64,000 nt of DNA from an uncultured Gaiellaceae bacterium (GCA_963733065.1 CAVTBT010000004.1:271183-335182); one strand, 5' to 3'; counted from the stretch's first letter, positions 39,411 through 50,575 are shown. Made by a program: numbers and translations. The notes: generated from the letters alone by a model not told the origin.

Positions 39411-40606
39411 GCAGCGACCCCGCACACCTTCATCGCTGCCCGAGCGTAGACCTCGGCCGTCTTGACGAGCCCGTCCACGGCCAGGTTCTCTCCCAGCTCC
39501 GCGTCGGGGAGCCCGCTCGACGTGCCGTAGTTGACCGTCTCGATGCCGTAGCGCGTCAGCACGGAGGCGTCCGAGAACCAGCGCGTCACGTCGCGTTCCG
39601 GCTCGGCGCCGAAAACATCCGCGTGCGCCTCGGCAAGCGAGCCCACGAGTGGGTGCTCGTCGTCGATCCGGGCCCCGGGCGCGGTCACGTACACCTCTGC
39701 CTCCACCCCGTCCAGACCGCGTGCCCACTCGAGCGCCGTCCGCCGAGCCTCCGCCATCGACACGTCCGGCGGGACGCGCAGGTCGAGGAACAGCTCCGTG
39801 GCATGCGGCGTTCGTGAGGCGCGCCAACCGAACCCGCCGCCGATCGCACCGAGGTTGGCCACGCCGCGGACGTCGCCGTAGGACATCCGCTCCTCCCAGG
39901 TCGGCAGCCACTCGAGCACCGTGTCGATCACGGAGCGCATCTTCACGATCGAATTCTCCTGCAGGCGGCCTGAGGAGAAGGCCGTGTGGATGAACGGGCC
40001 GCGCACGCACAGCCGCAACCACAGCGCGCCGAAGTGTGCGAGCACCAGCTTGTTCTCGGTCGGCTCGCCGAGGATGCAGACGTCCGCAGCCCCTCCGTGC
40101 CCGACGAGGTAGCGGGACCCGGCGGCGTAGCCCCGGTACTCGGCGCCCTGGGCGTCGCCCTGCTGCGTCTTCTCGATCTCGCCGCAGACGGCGGCGATCA
40201 TGACGTCGCCCCGCAGCCGCACACCCGCGTCGCGCAACGAACGGACGGCCTCGGCGTAGCACGCAAGCGCGCCTTTCATGTTCGAGATGCCGAGCCCGTA
40301 GATGCGCCCGTCGCGCTCGAAGCCGGCCGGCTGAAAGCCCGGAATGCCGGCGAGCCACGGCTCGCGCCCGGAGTACGACGTGTCGAGGTGGCCGTTGAAC
40401 ATCAGCGTCGGCCCGCCACCCTCGCCCGGCCACGTACCGAGCACGTTCGCGCGCCCGTCCTCGACCTGCTGCCACTGGACGCCCAGGCCGACGGCACGCA
40501 GCTCCTCCTGCATGACGCGAGCACACGCCTCTTCCGAGCCGGTGAACGAAGGCGTCGAGACGAGCCGCACGGCGAGGTCGACGAGTCGGCGGGCATCGAT
40601 CTTCAC
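39407..40606 (-). CDS. M20 family metallohydrolase (ArgE/DapE/ACY1/CPG2-like deacylase)
   Basis: Contains ..LMFNGHLDT.., ..GISNMKGA.. and ..GEPTE.. Start is GTG at 40606 after GGGAGGAG. Overlaps the upstream gene by GTGA. Confidence 0.8.
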   Translation of the reverse strand: MKIDARRLVDLAVRLVSTPSFTGSEEACARVMQEELRAVGLGVQWQQVEDGRANVLGTWPGEGGGPTLMFNGHLDTSYSGREPWLAGIPGFQPAGFERDGRIYGLGISNMKGALACYAEAVRSLRDAGVRLRGDVMIAAVCGEIEKTQQGDAQGAEYRGYAAGSRYLVGHGGAADVCILGEPTENKLVLAHFGALWLRLCVRGPFIHTAFSSGRLQENSIVKMRSVIDTVLEWLPTWEERMSYGDVRGVANLGAIGGGFGWRASRTPHATELFLDLRVPPDVSMAEARRTALEWARGLDGVEAEVYVTAPGARIDDEHPLVGSLAEAHADVFGAEPERDVTRWFSDASVLTRYGIETVNYGTSSGLPDAELGENLAVDGLVKTAEVYARAAMKVCGVAA

Positions 40607-41439
40607 GCGCTCCTCCCGGCTGCGAGTTTGACAGCGACCGGCACCGCGAAGCCGTCTCCCGTCCGATGCTCCTCGAGGAGCTCGTCGAAGCGACGTCGTA
40701 TCTCGTCCTGCATCGCCTGGCTCTGAGAGAGCACGAGGGGCCGCACGCGCACGGTGCCGTCCACGAGACCGTGCCAGAGCTCGTCGGCGCTCACCAGCGG
40801 CAGCATGAAGTCGACGGTTTCGACCCGCACGTCGACGAGACCGGCGTCGCTCAGCAGGCGCGAGAACGTCTGCTCGTCCGCGAAGCGGAAGATCGGCGGC
40901 CCGGCTGGAAGGTCGTCTGGCGGGGTCGCCCCGGCGGCGGCGACCGCGTCCAGCAGCAGGCCGAGCCACCGGGCGCGCGCAGGGTCGTCCCAGACCGTGA
41001 ACGCCGCCAGGCCGCCGGGCACGAGCACCCGAGCGGCTTCGGCGGCAGCGTCCTCCGGCCGACCGAGGTGGAGCAGAAGGAACGCGGCGACGTAGGCATC
41101 GAAGGACCCATCGGCGAACGGCAACGATGTCGCGTCACCCGCGACGAACTCGACCTCGGGGTGGCGCGACCTCGCGAACGCGAGCATGGCCTCGGAGCGG
41201 TCGAGCCCAACCGCCTCGGCCCCTCGCGCCGCGGCGCGGCCAGCAACGTAGCCCGGCCCCGTGGCGACGTCGACGATACGCGTCCCGCGTTCGGTCCCGA
41301 CCGCGTCGAGCAGCGGATCGGCGAGGCGCGCCGTTGCTCGACCGGCGAGCTGGTCGTACCGCGCCACCTCCTTCGCCGCCCACCCCTCCGCCTCGAAGTC
41401 GTCGAACGCGTCCGCGTCGTACCCGTGCTGGTCGCTCAC
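40603..41439 (-). CDS. class I SAM-dependent methyltransferase
   Basis: Contains motif I VDVATGPGYVA and ..LVPGGLAAF.. Overlaps the LLM gene by GTGA. Confidence 0.75.
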   Translation of the reverse strand: MSDQHGYDADAFDDFEAEGWAAKEVARYDQLAGRATARLADPLLDAVGTERGTRIVDVATGPGYVAGRAAARGAEAVGLDRSEAMLAFARSRHPEVEFVAGDATSLPFADGSFDAYVAAFLLLHLGRPEDAAAEAARVLVPGGLAAFTVWDDPARARWLGLLLDAVAAAGATPPDDLPAGPPIFRFADEQTFSRLLSDAGLVDVRVETVDFMLPLVSADELWHGLVDGTVRVRPLVLSQSQAMQDEIRRRFDELLEEHRTGDGFAVPVAVKLAAGRSA

Positions 41440-42470
41440 GACCGGAAGTGCGGCAGCACCCGCTCTCCGAAGAGCCGGATCTGGTCGTGTCTGCGGTCGC
41501 CCCACAACTCGAGCATGACGTGAGTGCAGCCGGCCTCGCGGTACTCCTCGATCGCGGCGATGCAGTCGTCTGGCGTGCCGGCGATGGGCTTGCAGCGGTC
41601 GAGAATCGAGTCGGTGACCTCGGCCTTCGCCGCAAGGCGGCCGCCGCGCTCCATCGCCTCCGCCACGGGTCTGATCTCCTCCACGTCGATCTCGGCGAGC
41701 TCCAGCAGCGTGTCGGCCGCGCCCCGGATGTTCTGCACCTTGTTGGCGAGGTACATGCCGGCGATCTCCCGTGCGCCGTCCCGGCCGGTGCCGCGGTCGG
41801 ACTCGTGGATCGACGCGACCACCGTGCAGCCGATGTCGATGTCGGCGGCGACGTTCTCGCGCGTGTAGCGAACGAAGGCGGGTGTCGTGATCGACGGCGT
41901 CAGGCAGCCGTCGGCGATCTCGCCGGCCAGCGCCTGCATCTTCGGCGCCGTGGCCGCGACGTAGACCGGCGGGACGTCGCGTGGGCTGTGCGCGTCGTCC
42001 GCGAGCGGCGGCACCGACGCACTCCACGTCTCCCCGTCGTACTCGAAGCTGCTGCCGCCGAGGACACCGCGGACGATCTCGACCGCGTCGCGCATCGGCC
42101 CGAGCGTTCGCTTCGTCTGGTGCTTGATGTTGTTGAGGAAGATCTTCGACGTCCCGAAGCCGAGCAGGAACCGCCCCGGACCGGCCGCCTCCTGCACCAC
42201 GCGCGCGTCCATCGCCACCTGCACCGGGTGCCGCGTGAACGGCGAGATGATCCCCCACCCGATCGTCAGGCGCTCCGTCTCACGCGCCATGAGCGCCGAG
42301 ACCACCGTTGACGAGCGCGCCTCCATGCCGTGCTTGCGCCACCACGGGTACGCCTCGGCGAGCCAGATCGTGTCCATGCCTGCTGCATCCATGACCCTGG
42401 CCGACTCGAGCATCTCGTCGAGCGGCTCCATCGTCAGCTGCATGACCCCGATCCGGAACGGCGGTGACAT
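41436..42470 (-). CDS. LLM-class flavin/F420-dependent oxidoreductase
   Basis: 344-aa TIM-barrel LLM protein (..TIWLAEAY.., ..LGFGTS.., ..CTHVML..). Its ATG lies in the centre of palindrome copy 3. Confidence 0.85.
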   Translation of the reverse strand: MSPPFRIGVMQLTMEPLDEMLESARVMDAAGMDTIWLAEAYPWWRKHGMEARSSTVVSALMARETERLTIGWGIISPFTRHPVQVAMDARVVQEAAGPGRFLLGFGTSKIFLNNIKHQTKRTLGPMRDAVEIVRGVLGGSSFEYDGETWSASVPPLADDAHSPRDVPPVYVAATAPKMQALAGEIADGCLTPSITTPAFVRYTRENVAADIDIGCTVVASIHESDRGTGRDGAREIAGMYLANKVQNIRGAADTLLELAEIDVEEIRPVAEAMERGGRLAAKAEVTDSILDRCKPIAGTPDDCIAAIEEYREAGCTHVMLELWGDRRHDQIRLFGERVLPHFRS

Positions 42471-42475
42471 GTCAC
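42464..42475. promoter_or_regulatory. operator-like palindrome copy 3 (GTGACATGTCAC) overlapping the LLM start codon; -10-like TAGGGT at 42480-42485 (minus strand)
   Basis: Perfect 12-bp palindrome. TAGGGT ends 9 nt before the ATG, a leaderless arrangement. Confidence 0.6.
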
Positions 42476-42510
42476 GGCGACCCTACACCACGCCGCGGCG
42501 TCTCCACGCA

Positions 42511-42543
42511 CGCGAAAGCGGCGCCCGAAGGCGCCGCTTTCGC
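42511..42543. terminator. strong hairpin (15-bp perfect stem CGCGAAAGCGGCGCC/GGCGCCGCTTTCGCG, loop CGA)
   Basis: Read directly from the sequence. It sits 19 nt downstream of the stop of the 42562-42978 gene and upstream of the LLM promoter. There is no long U-tract. Confidence 0.6.
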
Positions 42544-42561
42544 GTGTCGCTCGGGGCGATC

Positions 42562-42978
42562 TCAGGAGAGGACGACGCGCCGACGGTGGCGGATCGTGAG
42601 CAGCAGCCCAGCAGCGAGCAGCAGCACGACCGTGGCCACCACCGACCAGTCGCGCGCGTCGCTGAGGTAGGACGACGACGTGGAGACGGGCTGCTCCGGG
42701 ACGACCCCGGGTCCGCGGAGCTCGCCACGGTCATCCGGGCGCACGGAGTTGGCGACCGCCCGCTCGAACGCGTCAGGCACCGGAGTCGAATACCGGGCGT
42801 TGACCGCGCGCTCGAACGCATCCGGGCCGGGCGTCGCCAGGCGGGCGTTGACCGCCCGCTCGAACGCGTCGGGCGGCGCCGGGGTGCCCGAGGACGCGAC
42901 CGCGCCGCCGGTCAGGATCGCGGCGACCGCGACGGTCAGCACGATGGTTCCCATCAACCGCTGAGCCTGCACCTTCAT
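42562..42978 (-). CDS. secreted, C-terminally membrane-anchored protein with three 16-aa PDAFERAV repeats
   Basis: Strong Shine-Dalgarno sequence (AAGGAGGAG). Has a signal peptide, 3 x P-DAFERAV(N/A), and a C-terminal TM segment followed by RHRRR. Confidence 0.6.
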   Translation of the reverse strand: MKVQAQRLMGTIVLTVAVAAILTGGAVASSGTPAPPDAFERAVNARLATPGPDAFERAVNARYSTPVPDAFERAVANSVRPDDRGELRGPGVVPEQPVSTSSSYLSDARDWSVVATVVLLLAAGLLLTIRHRRRVVLS

Positions 42979-43085
42979 GATCTCCTCCTTGCCTCCGATC
43001 GCCCCGTGCGATCGACTGGGCCGAGAATGCGGCGGCGCGGTTGCCAGCCGGCTGCAGACGGGTTACAACCGGTTGCGGCGGAGCA

Positions 43086-46000
43086 ATGGAGCTGCGGATC
43101 CTCGGACCTCTGGAGCTGACGGACGACGGGCGAACGGTCGAGCTCGTCGGCGTCAGGCAGCGTGCGCTCCTGGCGATTCTCCTCCTCAACCGCAACGAGG
43201 TCGTGCCGAGCGACCGCCTGCTGGAACACCTCTACGGCGCCGAGCAGCCGGCCACGGCTGCGAAGAGCCTCCAGGCACACGTCTCTCGGCTCCGCAAGGT
43301 GGTGACACCGGACCGACTGCTCACCCGAGGCACCGGCTACGTGCTCGTCATCGAGCCCGAGGAGGTCGACGCCGAACGATTCAGCCTGCTGCTCGACGCG
43401 GGCCGCGCCGCACTCGCTGAAGGTGACCCAGCCAACGGCGAGCGTTTCTTCGTCGACGCGCTCGCGCTGTGGCGCGGCTCTCCGCTCGAGGACGTCGCGT
43501 ACGAGGACTTCGCGCAGAGCGAGATCGCCCGACTGGGAGAGCTGCGGCTCGCGTGCATCGAGGAGCTCAACGACACGCGGCTCGCGCTTGGTCGCCATGC
43601 CGAGGTCGTCGGGGAGCTCGAGCGCCTCGTCGCGGCCGAGCCGCTGCGCGAGCGCCTCCGCGGCCAGCTGATGCTCGCGCTCTACCGCTCCGGCCGTCAG
43701 GCGGATGCGCTCGCGGCGTACGCCGACGCACGCCGCCTGCTCGGCGACGAGCTCGGGCTCGACCCGAGCCGGGCGCTGCAGGAGCTCGAGCGCGCGATTC
43801 TGAACCAGGACCGGAGCCTCGATCCGCCTGGAGGCCCGGCGACTGCGACTGCAACCGCGGCCGGCACGGCGGCCGGGCGCCTCGCCGCGGGCGTCTTCGT
43901 TGGCAGAGAGCGCGAGCTGGCGCTCCTCGACGATGCGCTCGCCGACGCCCGTGAGGGCCGCGGCCGGCTGGTGCTCCTCTCCGGGGAAGCGGGCATCGGC
44001 AAGAGCCGCCTCACCGACGAGGTGGCGGCCCGGGCGCAGGTCAGCAGGCGCGCGCGTCCTCTGGGGGCGCTGCTGGGAGGCGGGCGGTGCGCCGTCTTTC
44101 TGGCCGTGGGTGCAGGCACTTCGGACGTACCTGCGTGACGCCGACCCGGACGCGGTCCGCCGCCACCTCGGCCGCGGCGCGCCGGACGTCGCGCAGCTCC
44201 TACCGGAGCTCCGCGACCTCTTCGCCGACCTGCCCGAGCCCGCGTCGCTCGACGCCGAGGGCGCCCGCTTCCGCCTGTTCGACGCAACGGCCACGTTCTT
44301 GCGCGGCATCGCGAGCGAGGCGCCGTTGCTCATCGTCCTCGACGACGTCCACGCCGCCGACGCCCCGTCTCTGCTCCTGCTCGAGTTCGCGTCGGCCGAG
44401 CTCGTCGACGCCCCCATCATCGTGCTGGCCGCCTACCGCGACCCGGAGCTCCAACCGGGCGACCCTGTGGCTGCTGCACTCGGAAGCGTGGGCCGAAGAG
44501 CCGGCACGCGCATCACGCTTGCCGGCCTCCCCGAGCCCGAGGTCGCGTCGTTCATCCAGCTGAGCGCCCACGCAGAGCCGCCGCCAAGCCTGGTCGCCGC
44601 CATCGCCGCCGAGACGGAGGGGAACCCGCTCTTCATCGGCGAGATCGTGCGGCTGCTCGCGTCGGAGAACCGTCTCGCGCAGGCCGCCGATGCGTCCTGG
44701 CGCGTTTCCATCCCGGAGACAGTCAAGGACGTCATCGGCCGGCGCCTGCACCGGCTGTCTCCGGAATGCGCGGAGACACTTTCAACGGCGTCGGTCGTCG
44801 GTCGCGAGTTCGGGCTCGACCTCGTCGAGCGCCTAACCGGCCGAGCGGTCGACGAGCTGCTCGCCGCGCTGGATGAGGCAGCCGCGGCGCGCGTTGTGAC
44901 GGACGTACCGGGATCGCCCGGGCGCACGCGCTTCACCCACCAGCTCATCCGCGACACGCTCTATGACTCGCTGCCGCAGATGCGCAGGCTCGAGCTGCAC
45001 CGCAGCGCCGGGGAGGCAATCGAGGCCCTTGCCGGGACGGACGTCTCGCCATACCTCTCCGAGCTCGCACACCATTTCTTCCACGCACTCCCCAGAGCCG
45101 AACCTGAGGTCGCGGTCGACTACATGCGCCGCGCGGCGCGGCAGGCCACCGCCCTCCTCGCCCACGAGGAGGCTGCCCGCCTGTACGCCTCGGCTCTCCA
45201 GGCTCTGGAGCTTCGGTCCGGCACCGAGCCGGAGCTCCAAAGGTCGCTTCTGCTCGAACTCGGCGAGAGCCTCGACCGCTCGGGCGACATGCCGAACGCG
45301 CGCGACGCCTTCCTCCGGGCCGCTGCGCTCGCACGTGCGACGGGCGCAGCCGAGGATCTCGCCCGAGCCGCACTGGGCTATGGCGGCCGGATCGTCTGGG
45401 CGCGCTCGGCCCGCGACCGGCTGATCGTGCCACTGCTGGAGGAAGCGCTCGCCGCCATCGGCAAGGAGCCGACGACGCTTCGCGCTCGACTGCTAGCCCG
45501 CCTCGCCGGCGCCCTGCGCGACGAGCGTGACCCGGCGCGCCGGGTCGCGACCGCCGAGCTCGCGGTGGAGACCGCCAGGCGCACCGGCGACCCGGCTTCG
45601 CTCGTGTACGCGCTGGCGGGCCTGTGCGGCGCACGGCATGGCATCGGCGCGGAGGACGAGCGGCTCGCGATCGCCGCCGAGCTGCGAGCGGCTGCGCGAG
45701 CGGTCGGCGACAAGGAGCACGAGTTCGACGCGAACACGGCCGAGGCGCTGGTCTACTTCGACCGCGGCGCGCTGGAGGAGGTTCGCGCGCGTGTCGCGGC
45801 TGCGTCCGCACTCGCGGACGAGCTTCGCCAGCCATCGCACCAGTGGTTCGCGGCCACGAACCGCACGCTGCTCGCGCTCCACGAGGGACGCTTCGAGGAG
45901 GCCGAGCGGACCGTGGAGGAGGGCATCGAGATCGGCCGACGGGCGACGCCGGGCGACATCGCCGAGGGGACGTACTGCCTCCAGCTCTACGAGGTGCGCC

Positions 46001-46596
46001 GCCAGCGAGGCCGGACTGCCGACGTCTACGAGCTCGTCGCCACCACGGCGCGCGACTACCCGGCCCGGCCGGTCTTCCGCAGTGGGCTCGCACGCGTCGC
46101 GCTCGAGCTCGGCCGTCACTCCGAGGCCCGAGAGCTGTTCGAGGAGCTCGCCAGTAACGACTTCCACTCGGTGCCACGCGACAACGAGTGGCTGCTCGCC
46201 GCCAGCTACCTGACCGACGTCTGCGTCGGCCTCGGTGACGTCGTGCGCGCCGGCACGCTCTACGACCTCCTCGAGCCATCCGCGGTCAAGGTCGTCAACG
46301 ACGTGGCCGAGGGGTGCGCCGGGTCGGTGCAGCGTCTCCTGGGCATGCTCGCGGCGATGCTTGGTCGTAAAGACCAGGCCGTCGCCCATCTCCGTGCCGC
46401 GATCGAGCGGAACACCGAGATCGGGACGACGCCCTGGGTGGCGGAGGCCCGAGTCGAACTCGCGGAAGTGCTCCTCGGCCTCGGCGAGCGCGAGGAGGCC
46501 GAGCAGCTGCTCGACGACGCGTGGGCGACGGCCGCCGAGCTCGGCATGGTGCCGCTCTCGCGGCGCATCGAGCTCCTCCGCCGCGCGTCGCCCTAG
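43086..46596 (+). CDS. SARP/AfsR-type regulator (OmpR-like wHTH + BTAD + AAA/NB-ARC ATPase + TPR), with an apparent +1 frameshift at ~44039
   Basis: Contains [11 protein letters not shown].., BTAD ([15 protein letters not shown]..), Walker A GEAGIGKS and a long TPR tail. Frame 1 ends ..EVAARAQ and the next frame continues [25 protein letters not shown]. Length equals 3n+1. Confidence 0.8.
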
Positions 46597-47067
46597 AGCT
46601 CGCCGTCCCAGTAGTCGACGTTGCTCTCGCGCCGCACCATGATCTTGTCCGCCCCGCCGCCGAGCTCCGGCCAGACGCCGATCTTGTCGCTGTCCGGGTA
46701 GACAGCCATGACAGGGTTGCCCTTCGTCGAGAGCATCATCAGCCGCACCGGCGCCTCGCTCCGGTTGGTCAGCTTGTGCGCGCCCCGCCGGCCCCTCCGC
46801 GAAGCAGACGGCCTCGCCGGCCGCGACCTCCTCGTCGCCCTCGGGCGTGCGCACCGTCAACACACCGTCGAGCACGATCAGCCACTCCTCGCAGCCGTAC
46901 TCGTAGTGGTAGGGGCAGTTGCTCTGACCGGGGCCGAGCTGGTAGATCGTCGCGCCCATCCTCGACGCCCCGATGAGCGGGCCGATGGCCAGGTACTCGG
47001 CCTCGTAGCCGGACGGATCGTCGTCGTCGTGCTGGAGCTCGGCCGTGAAGAGGTTGACCCGCTCCAC
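46593..47067 (-). CDS. cupin domain protein, with an apparent +1 frameshift in a C/G run at 46783-46786
   Basis: Reads MERVNLF..NCPYHYEYGCEEWLIVLDGVLTVRTPEG..AVCFAEGPAG | AHKLTNRSEAPVRLMMLSTKGNPVMAVYPDSDKIGVWPE..DYWDGEL*. Length equals 3n+1. The 524-aa ORF in the track is read-through. Confidence 0.65.
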
Positions 47068-47073
47068 GATGCG

Positions 47074-47613
47074 TCAGGCCGCGGTGTCGTGCGTGGGGCC
47101 CTCCGGCTCCGAGGAGTACGTCTCCGGCGAGCCCGGATGGACGCCCTGCTCGGCACCGCCGGCGGCCGCTCGGCTCTTCGTCGCGACCGTCTTGTCCAGC
47201 GCCTCGAGCACGTTCTTCACCTGCTGGTTGACGATCGGCTGCAGCACCCGCTGGCCCATCGAGCCGACGGGACCCGCGATGCGGACGTCCGCCTCCCACT
47301 TCATCGAGGTCCGATCGCCCTCGCCGGTGAGGTGGAACTCCGTCTGCATGTTCATGATCGCGCCGACGCCGTTCCCCTTCGCCTTCAGGGACGCGTACTC
47401 GGGCTCGCGCTCCTCGAGCTTCTCGAAGTCGACGGTCAGGCGCAGGCCACCCAGTCCGAGCGGGATCTTCACCTTGGCGCTCCAGTGGCGGTCGTCCTGC
47501 ACCTCGAAGCCCTCGACACCCGGCATCAGGCCCGCCATCTGCGCCGGGTCGTTGAGCACGCCCCACACGACGTCGCGGGGTGCGCCCAGCTCCTTGGTCC
47601 CCTCGAGCTTCAC
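47074..47613 (-). CDS. coxG: SRPBCC / CoxG-family carbon-monoxide-dehydrogenase subunit G-like protein
   Basis: Reads (M)[33 protein letters not shown]... Start is GTG at 47613 after GGAGGTGG. Overlaps the coxL-like stop by GTGA. Confidence 0.78.
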   Translation of the reverse strand: MKLEGTKELGAPRDVVWGVLNDPAQMAGLMPGVEGFEVQDDRHWSAKVKIPLGLGGLRLTVDFEKLEEREPEYASLKAKGNGVGAIMNMQTEFHLTGEGDRTSMKWEADVRIAGPVGSMGQRVLQPIVNQQVKNVLEALDKTVATKSRAAAGGAEQGVHPGSPETYSSEPEGPTHDTAA

Positions 47614-50090
47614 CGAGACACCACCTCCACGTTGGTGCGGGTCGACTCGGGATCGCGCAGCATCTCCCAGACCCGCTGGTAGGGATTGCACGAGTCGTAG
47701 ACGATCGGCCTGCCCGCCGGGCGGAGGGCGTCCTGGATCGCCGAGCAGATCGCATGGATGCCCCCGCCGCCGCCCTCGCCCATCCCCTTCGCGCCGAGCG
47801 GGGCGAACGGCGACGCCGACTCGATCGCCGCCGTCTTGAGCGGCGGCATGTCCATCGCGTGCGGCACGTGGTAGTCGTAGAAGTTGGCCGTCAGCAGCGT
47901 GCCGTCCTCGTCGTAGGCGAAGTGCTCGTGGACGGCCGCGCCGATCGCGTGCGCGGTCGCGCCGTGCACCTGGCCCTCGACGATCTGCGGGTGGATCCGC
48001 GTGCCGCAGTCGTCGACGGCGCCGTAGTCGACGATCTCGATCTCGCCGGTCTCCCGGTCGATCTCGACCACGCAGGCGTGGATCTGCATCGCGTAGGTGA
48101 GCGTCAGCTTGCCCATCTTCTTCTCGGTGTCGACGACGCCGAAGTACGGGCGGTAGACGAAGCGGTGGTTGAGCGTCGGGTTGAAGTCGGGCGGCAGGAA
48201 GGCGTTGTTCGCGTTCACGATCGCGCCGAGCGCCATGAAGGGCAGCGCGGCCTCCTCGGGGCCGTCCTTGATGCGCGCGAAGCCGTCGGCCAGCTCGATC
48301 TGCTCCGGCTCGGCCTGGAGCACCGCGGCCGCCAGCTGGATCATCTCCGCCCGCAGCAGTTCGGCCGCGCCCTTCACGGCGCCGAGCCCGGTGACCGCGA
48401 ACTGGCTGGCGTAGGTCCCCGAGAAACCCGCGTGCGTGTTCTGGGACGAATCGTGGCCGCGGCGCACGTTCACGTTGTCGGGTGAGCAGCCGATGATGTC
48501 CGCCACGACCTGTGCCGACGTCGTCTCGTGGCCCTGCCCCTGCGGCACGGTGCCGAGTGCCACGACCACCTCGCCGAAGATGTCGAGCTTCACCGTCGCC
48601 GCCTCGTTGTTCCCGGAGAACTGGAGCTCCGGGTTCAGGAGCTGGGACTGGCCGAAGTTGTTCGTCCCAGAGTCGAGGGTCGAACCGATGCCGAGGCCGA
48701 GCAGCTTGCCGCGCGACTCCGCGTCCGCGCGCCGCTGCTCGATCGAGGCGTGGTCGACGAGCTCGAGTGCCAGGTCGAGCGAGCGCGCGTAGTCGCCGGA
48801 GTCGTAGACGCAGCCGTTCGGCGTCTCGTAGGGCATCTCCTCGGTGCGGACGTAGTTCTTCTTGCGCATCTCGACCGGATCGAGACCGAGCTCGGCGCCG
48901 ACGATGTCGCAGATGCGCTCGGTGAGCCACAGGTGCTGCATGCGCGAGTAGCCGCGATTCGGCGACACGGGGCTCTTGTTCGTGCAGACCTGCGTGAAGT
49001 CGACGTGGATGTTCCTCCAGCGGTACAGCCCCGGCGTGACCTGCGCCCAGATGATGCAGCCGAGCGGCTCGTAGCGCGGGAACGCGCCGCAGTCGTCGAT
49101 CGCCTTGACCGAGAAGCCGGTCATTTCGCCATCTGCCTTCACGGCGACCTCGACGTCGAGGAACGTGCGCTCGTTGCCGTGCGCGTTCGCCGTGTGCTGG
49201 TCGGTGCGCCATTCCGTCCACTGCACGGGGCGGCCGAGCTTCCGGGCGAGCAGGCAGAGCACGACGTACTGCGGGTGCAGGCAGATCTTGTTGCCGAAGC
49301 CGCCGCCGATGTCGTCCGTGACGAAGCGCAGCTTGTCGAGGCCGACGCGAAGCGCCGGCGCCATCCAGATCGCCCCGATGCCCGGCATCTGGTGGTTGCA
49401 GTGGAGCGTCCACTGCTGGATGCCCTTGTCGTACTCGACGAGCGCGCCGGCGCACTCGAGCGGCGTCGACGCGAAGCGGTGGAAGTGCAGCTTCTTGATG
49501 GTGACGACGTGGTCGGCCTCGGCCTTCGCCGCCTCCCAGTCGCCCCAGTCGAAGACGCCCGACCAGACGACGTTCGAGCCCGCGTCGTCGTGCAGGATCG
49601 TCTCGTCCTTCAGCGACTCCTCGCCGTCGACGAGCACCGGCAGCGGCTCGTACTCCACAGCGACGAGCTCGGCGGCGTCACGCGCGAGCTCGCGGGTGGC
49701 GGCGCACACGGCCGCCACGGGCTCGCCCATGTGCCGCACTCTGCCGACCGCGAGCGCGAAGTCCTTGATCTCGCTCCCGGGGGGCGTCGACATCTCGAAG
49801 AACGGATCCGTCTGGATCGCGACCTCGTCGCCCGTGATCGTGCCGTAGACCCCGTCCAGCTCGAGCGCGGCCGTGACGTCGATCGAGACGATCTTCGCGT
49901 GCGCGTACGGCGAGCGCACGAAGTGGACGTACCCCGTGCCGTGGCGCTTGACGTCGTCGAAGAAGAGGCCCTGCCCCTGGACGAGGCGCCGATCCTCCTT
50001 CCGCGGCACCGACTGGCCGATCCAGCCGCGCTGGAGCTCGGTGCCCTCCGTCGTGACGATCGGGGTCGGCGTGGTCGTCGTCGAGCTCAT
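47610..50090 (-). CDS. molybdopterin-binding large subunit of a xanthine-dehydrogenase/CoxL-family hydroxylase (non-canonical active-site loop)
   Basis: 826 aa. Contains IGGGFGNK and GAKGMGEGG motifs. The loop reads [10 protein letters not shown] where form I CODH has AYRCSFR and form II has AYRGAGR. Confidence 0.88.
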   Translation of the reverse strand: MSSTTTTPTPIVTTEGTELQRGWIGQSVPRKEDRRLVQGQGLFFDDVKRHGTGYVHFVRSPYAHAKIVSIDVTAALELDGVYGTITGDEVAIQTDPFFEMSTPPGSEIKDFALAVGRVRHMGEPVAAVCAATRELARDAAELVAVEYEPLPVLVDGEESLKDETILHDDAGSNVVWSGVFDWGDWEAAKAEADHVVTIKKLHFHRFASTPLECAGALVEYDKGIQQWTLHCNHQMPGIGAIWMAPALRVGLDKLRFVTDDIGGGFGNKICLHPQYVVLCLLARKLGRPVQWTEWRTDQHTANAHGNERTFLDVEVAVKADGEMTGFSVKAIDDCGAFPRYEPLGCIIWAQVTPGLYRWRNIHVDFTQVCTNKSPVSPNRGYSRMQHLWLTERICDIVGAELGLDPVEMRKKNYVRTEEMPYETPNGCVYDSGDYARSLDLALELVDHASIEQRRADAESRGKLLGLGIGSTLDSGTNNFGQSQLLNPELQFSGNNEAATVKLDIFGEVVVALGTVPQGQGHETTSAQVVADIIGCSPDNVNVRRGHDSSQNTHAGFSGTYASQFAVTGLGAVKGAAELLRAEMIQLAAAVLQAEPEQIELADGFARIKDGPEEAALPFMALGAIVNANNAFLPPDFNPTLNHRFVYRPYFGVVDTEKKMGKLTLTYAMQIHACVVEIDRETGEIEIVDYGAVDDCGTRIHPQIVEGQVHGATAHAIGAAVHEHFAYDEDGTLLTANFYDYHVPHAMDMPPLKTAAIESASPFAPLGAKGMGEGGGGGIHAICSAIQDALRPAGRPIVYDSCNPYQRVWEMLRDPESTRTNVEVVSR

Positions 50091-50575
50091 CGCCCGCCGC
50101 CCTTTCCCGCCGCGACCACGGCCTCGACGATGTTCACGTACCCCGTGCAGCGGCAGATGTTGCCCTGGATCGCCTTGCGGGCCTCGTCCTCGGTCGGATG
50201 CGGATTCTGCTCGAGGAGCGCCGCGGCGCTCATCAGCATCCCGGGCGTGCAGTAGCCGCACTGCAGCGCGTGATGCTCCGAGAACGAGCGCTGGAGCGGC
50301 GTCAGCTCTCCGTCGGGCGCGAGGCCTTCGATCGTCTGCACCGTGTGACCGTCGACCTGGACGGCGAGCAACATGCAGCTCTTCACCGACTTCCCGTCGA
50401 GGTGGATCGTGCACGCGCCGCAGTTGCCGGTGTCGCAGCCGATGTGCGTGCCCGTCAGATCGAGGTCGTCGCGGATGAAGTGCACGAGGAGCCGGCGCGT
50501 CTCGACCTCGCGCTCGTAGCGCGTGCCGTTGACGTCCACCTCGATCGTCTGGCTCGTGACGGGCTGCTCTGACAC
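50087..50575 (-). CDS. (2Fe-2S)-binding small subunit (CoxS family)
   Basis: Contains [10 protein letters not shown] and CGYCTPG..C.C.GY cluster motifs. Has an ATGA overlap. Confidence 0.92.
   Translation of the reverse strand: MSEQPVTSQTIEVDVNGTRYEREVETRRLLVHFIRDDLDLTGTHIGCDTGNCGACTIHLDGKSVKSCMLLAVQVDGHTVQTIEGLAPDGELTPLQRSFSEHHALQCGYCTPGMLMSAAALLEQNPHPTEDEARKAIQGNICRCTGYVNIVEAVVAAGKGGGR

Noticed and set aside
45493-47067. 524-aa minus-strand ORF antisense to the SARP regulator
   Set aside because: It is the same artefact: a cupin gene whose frame slips at 46783-46786 and then runs open through GC-rich antisense sequence.
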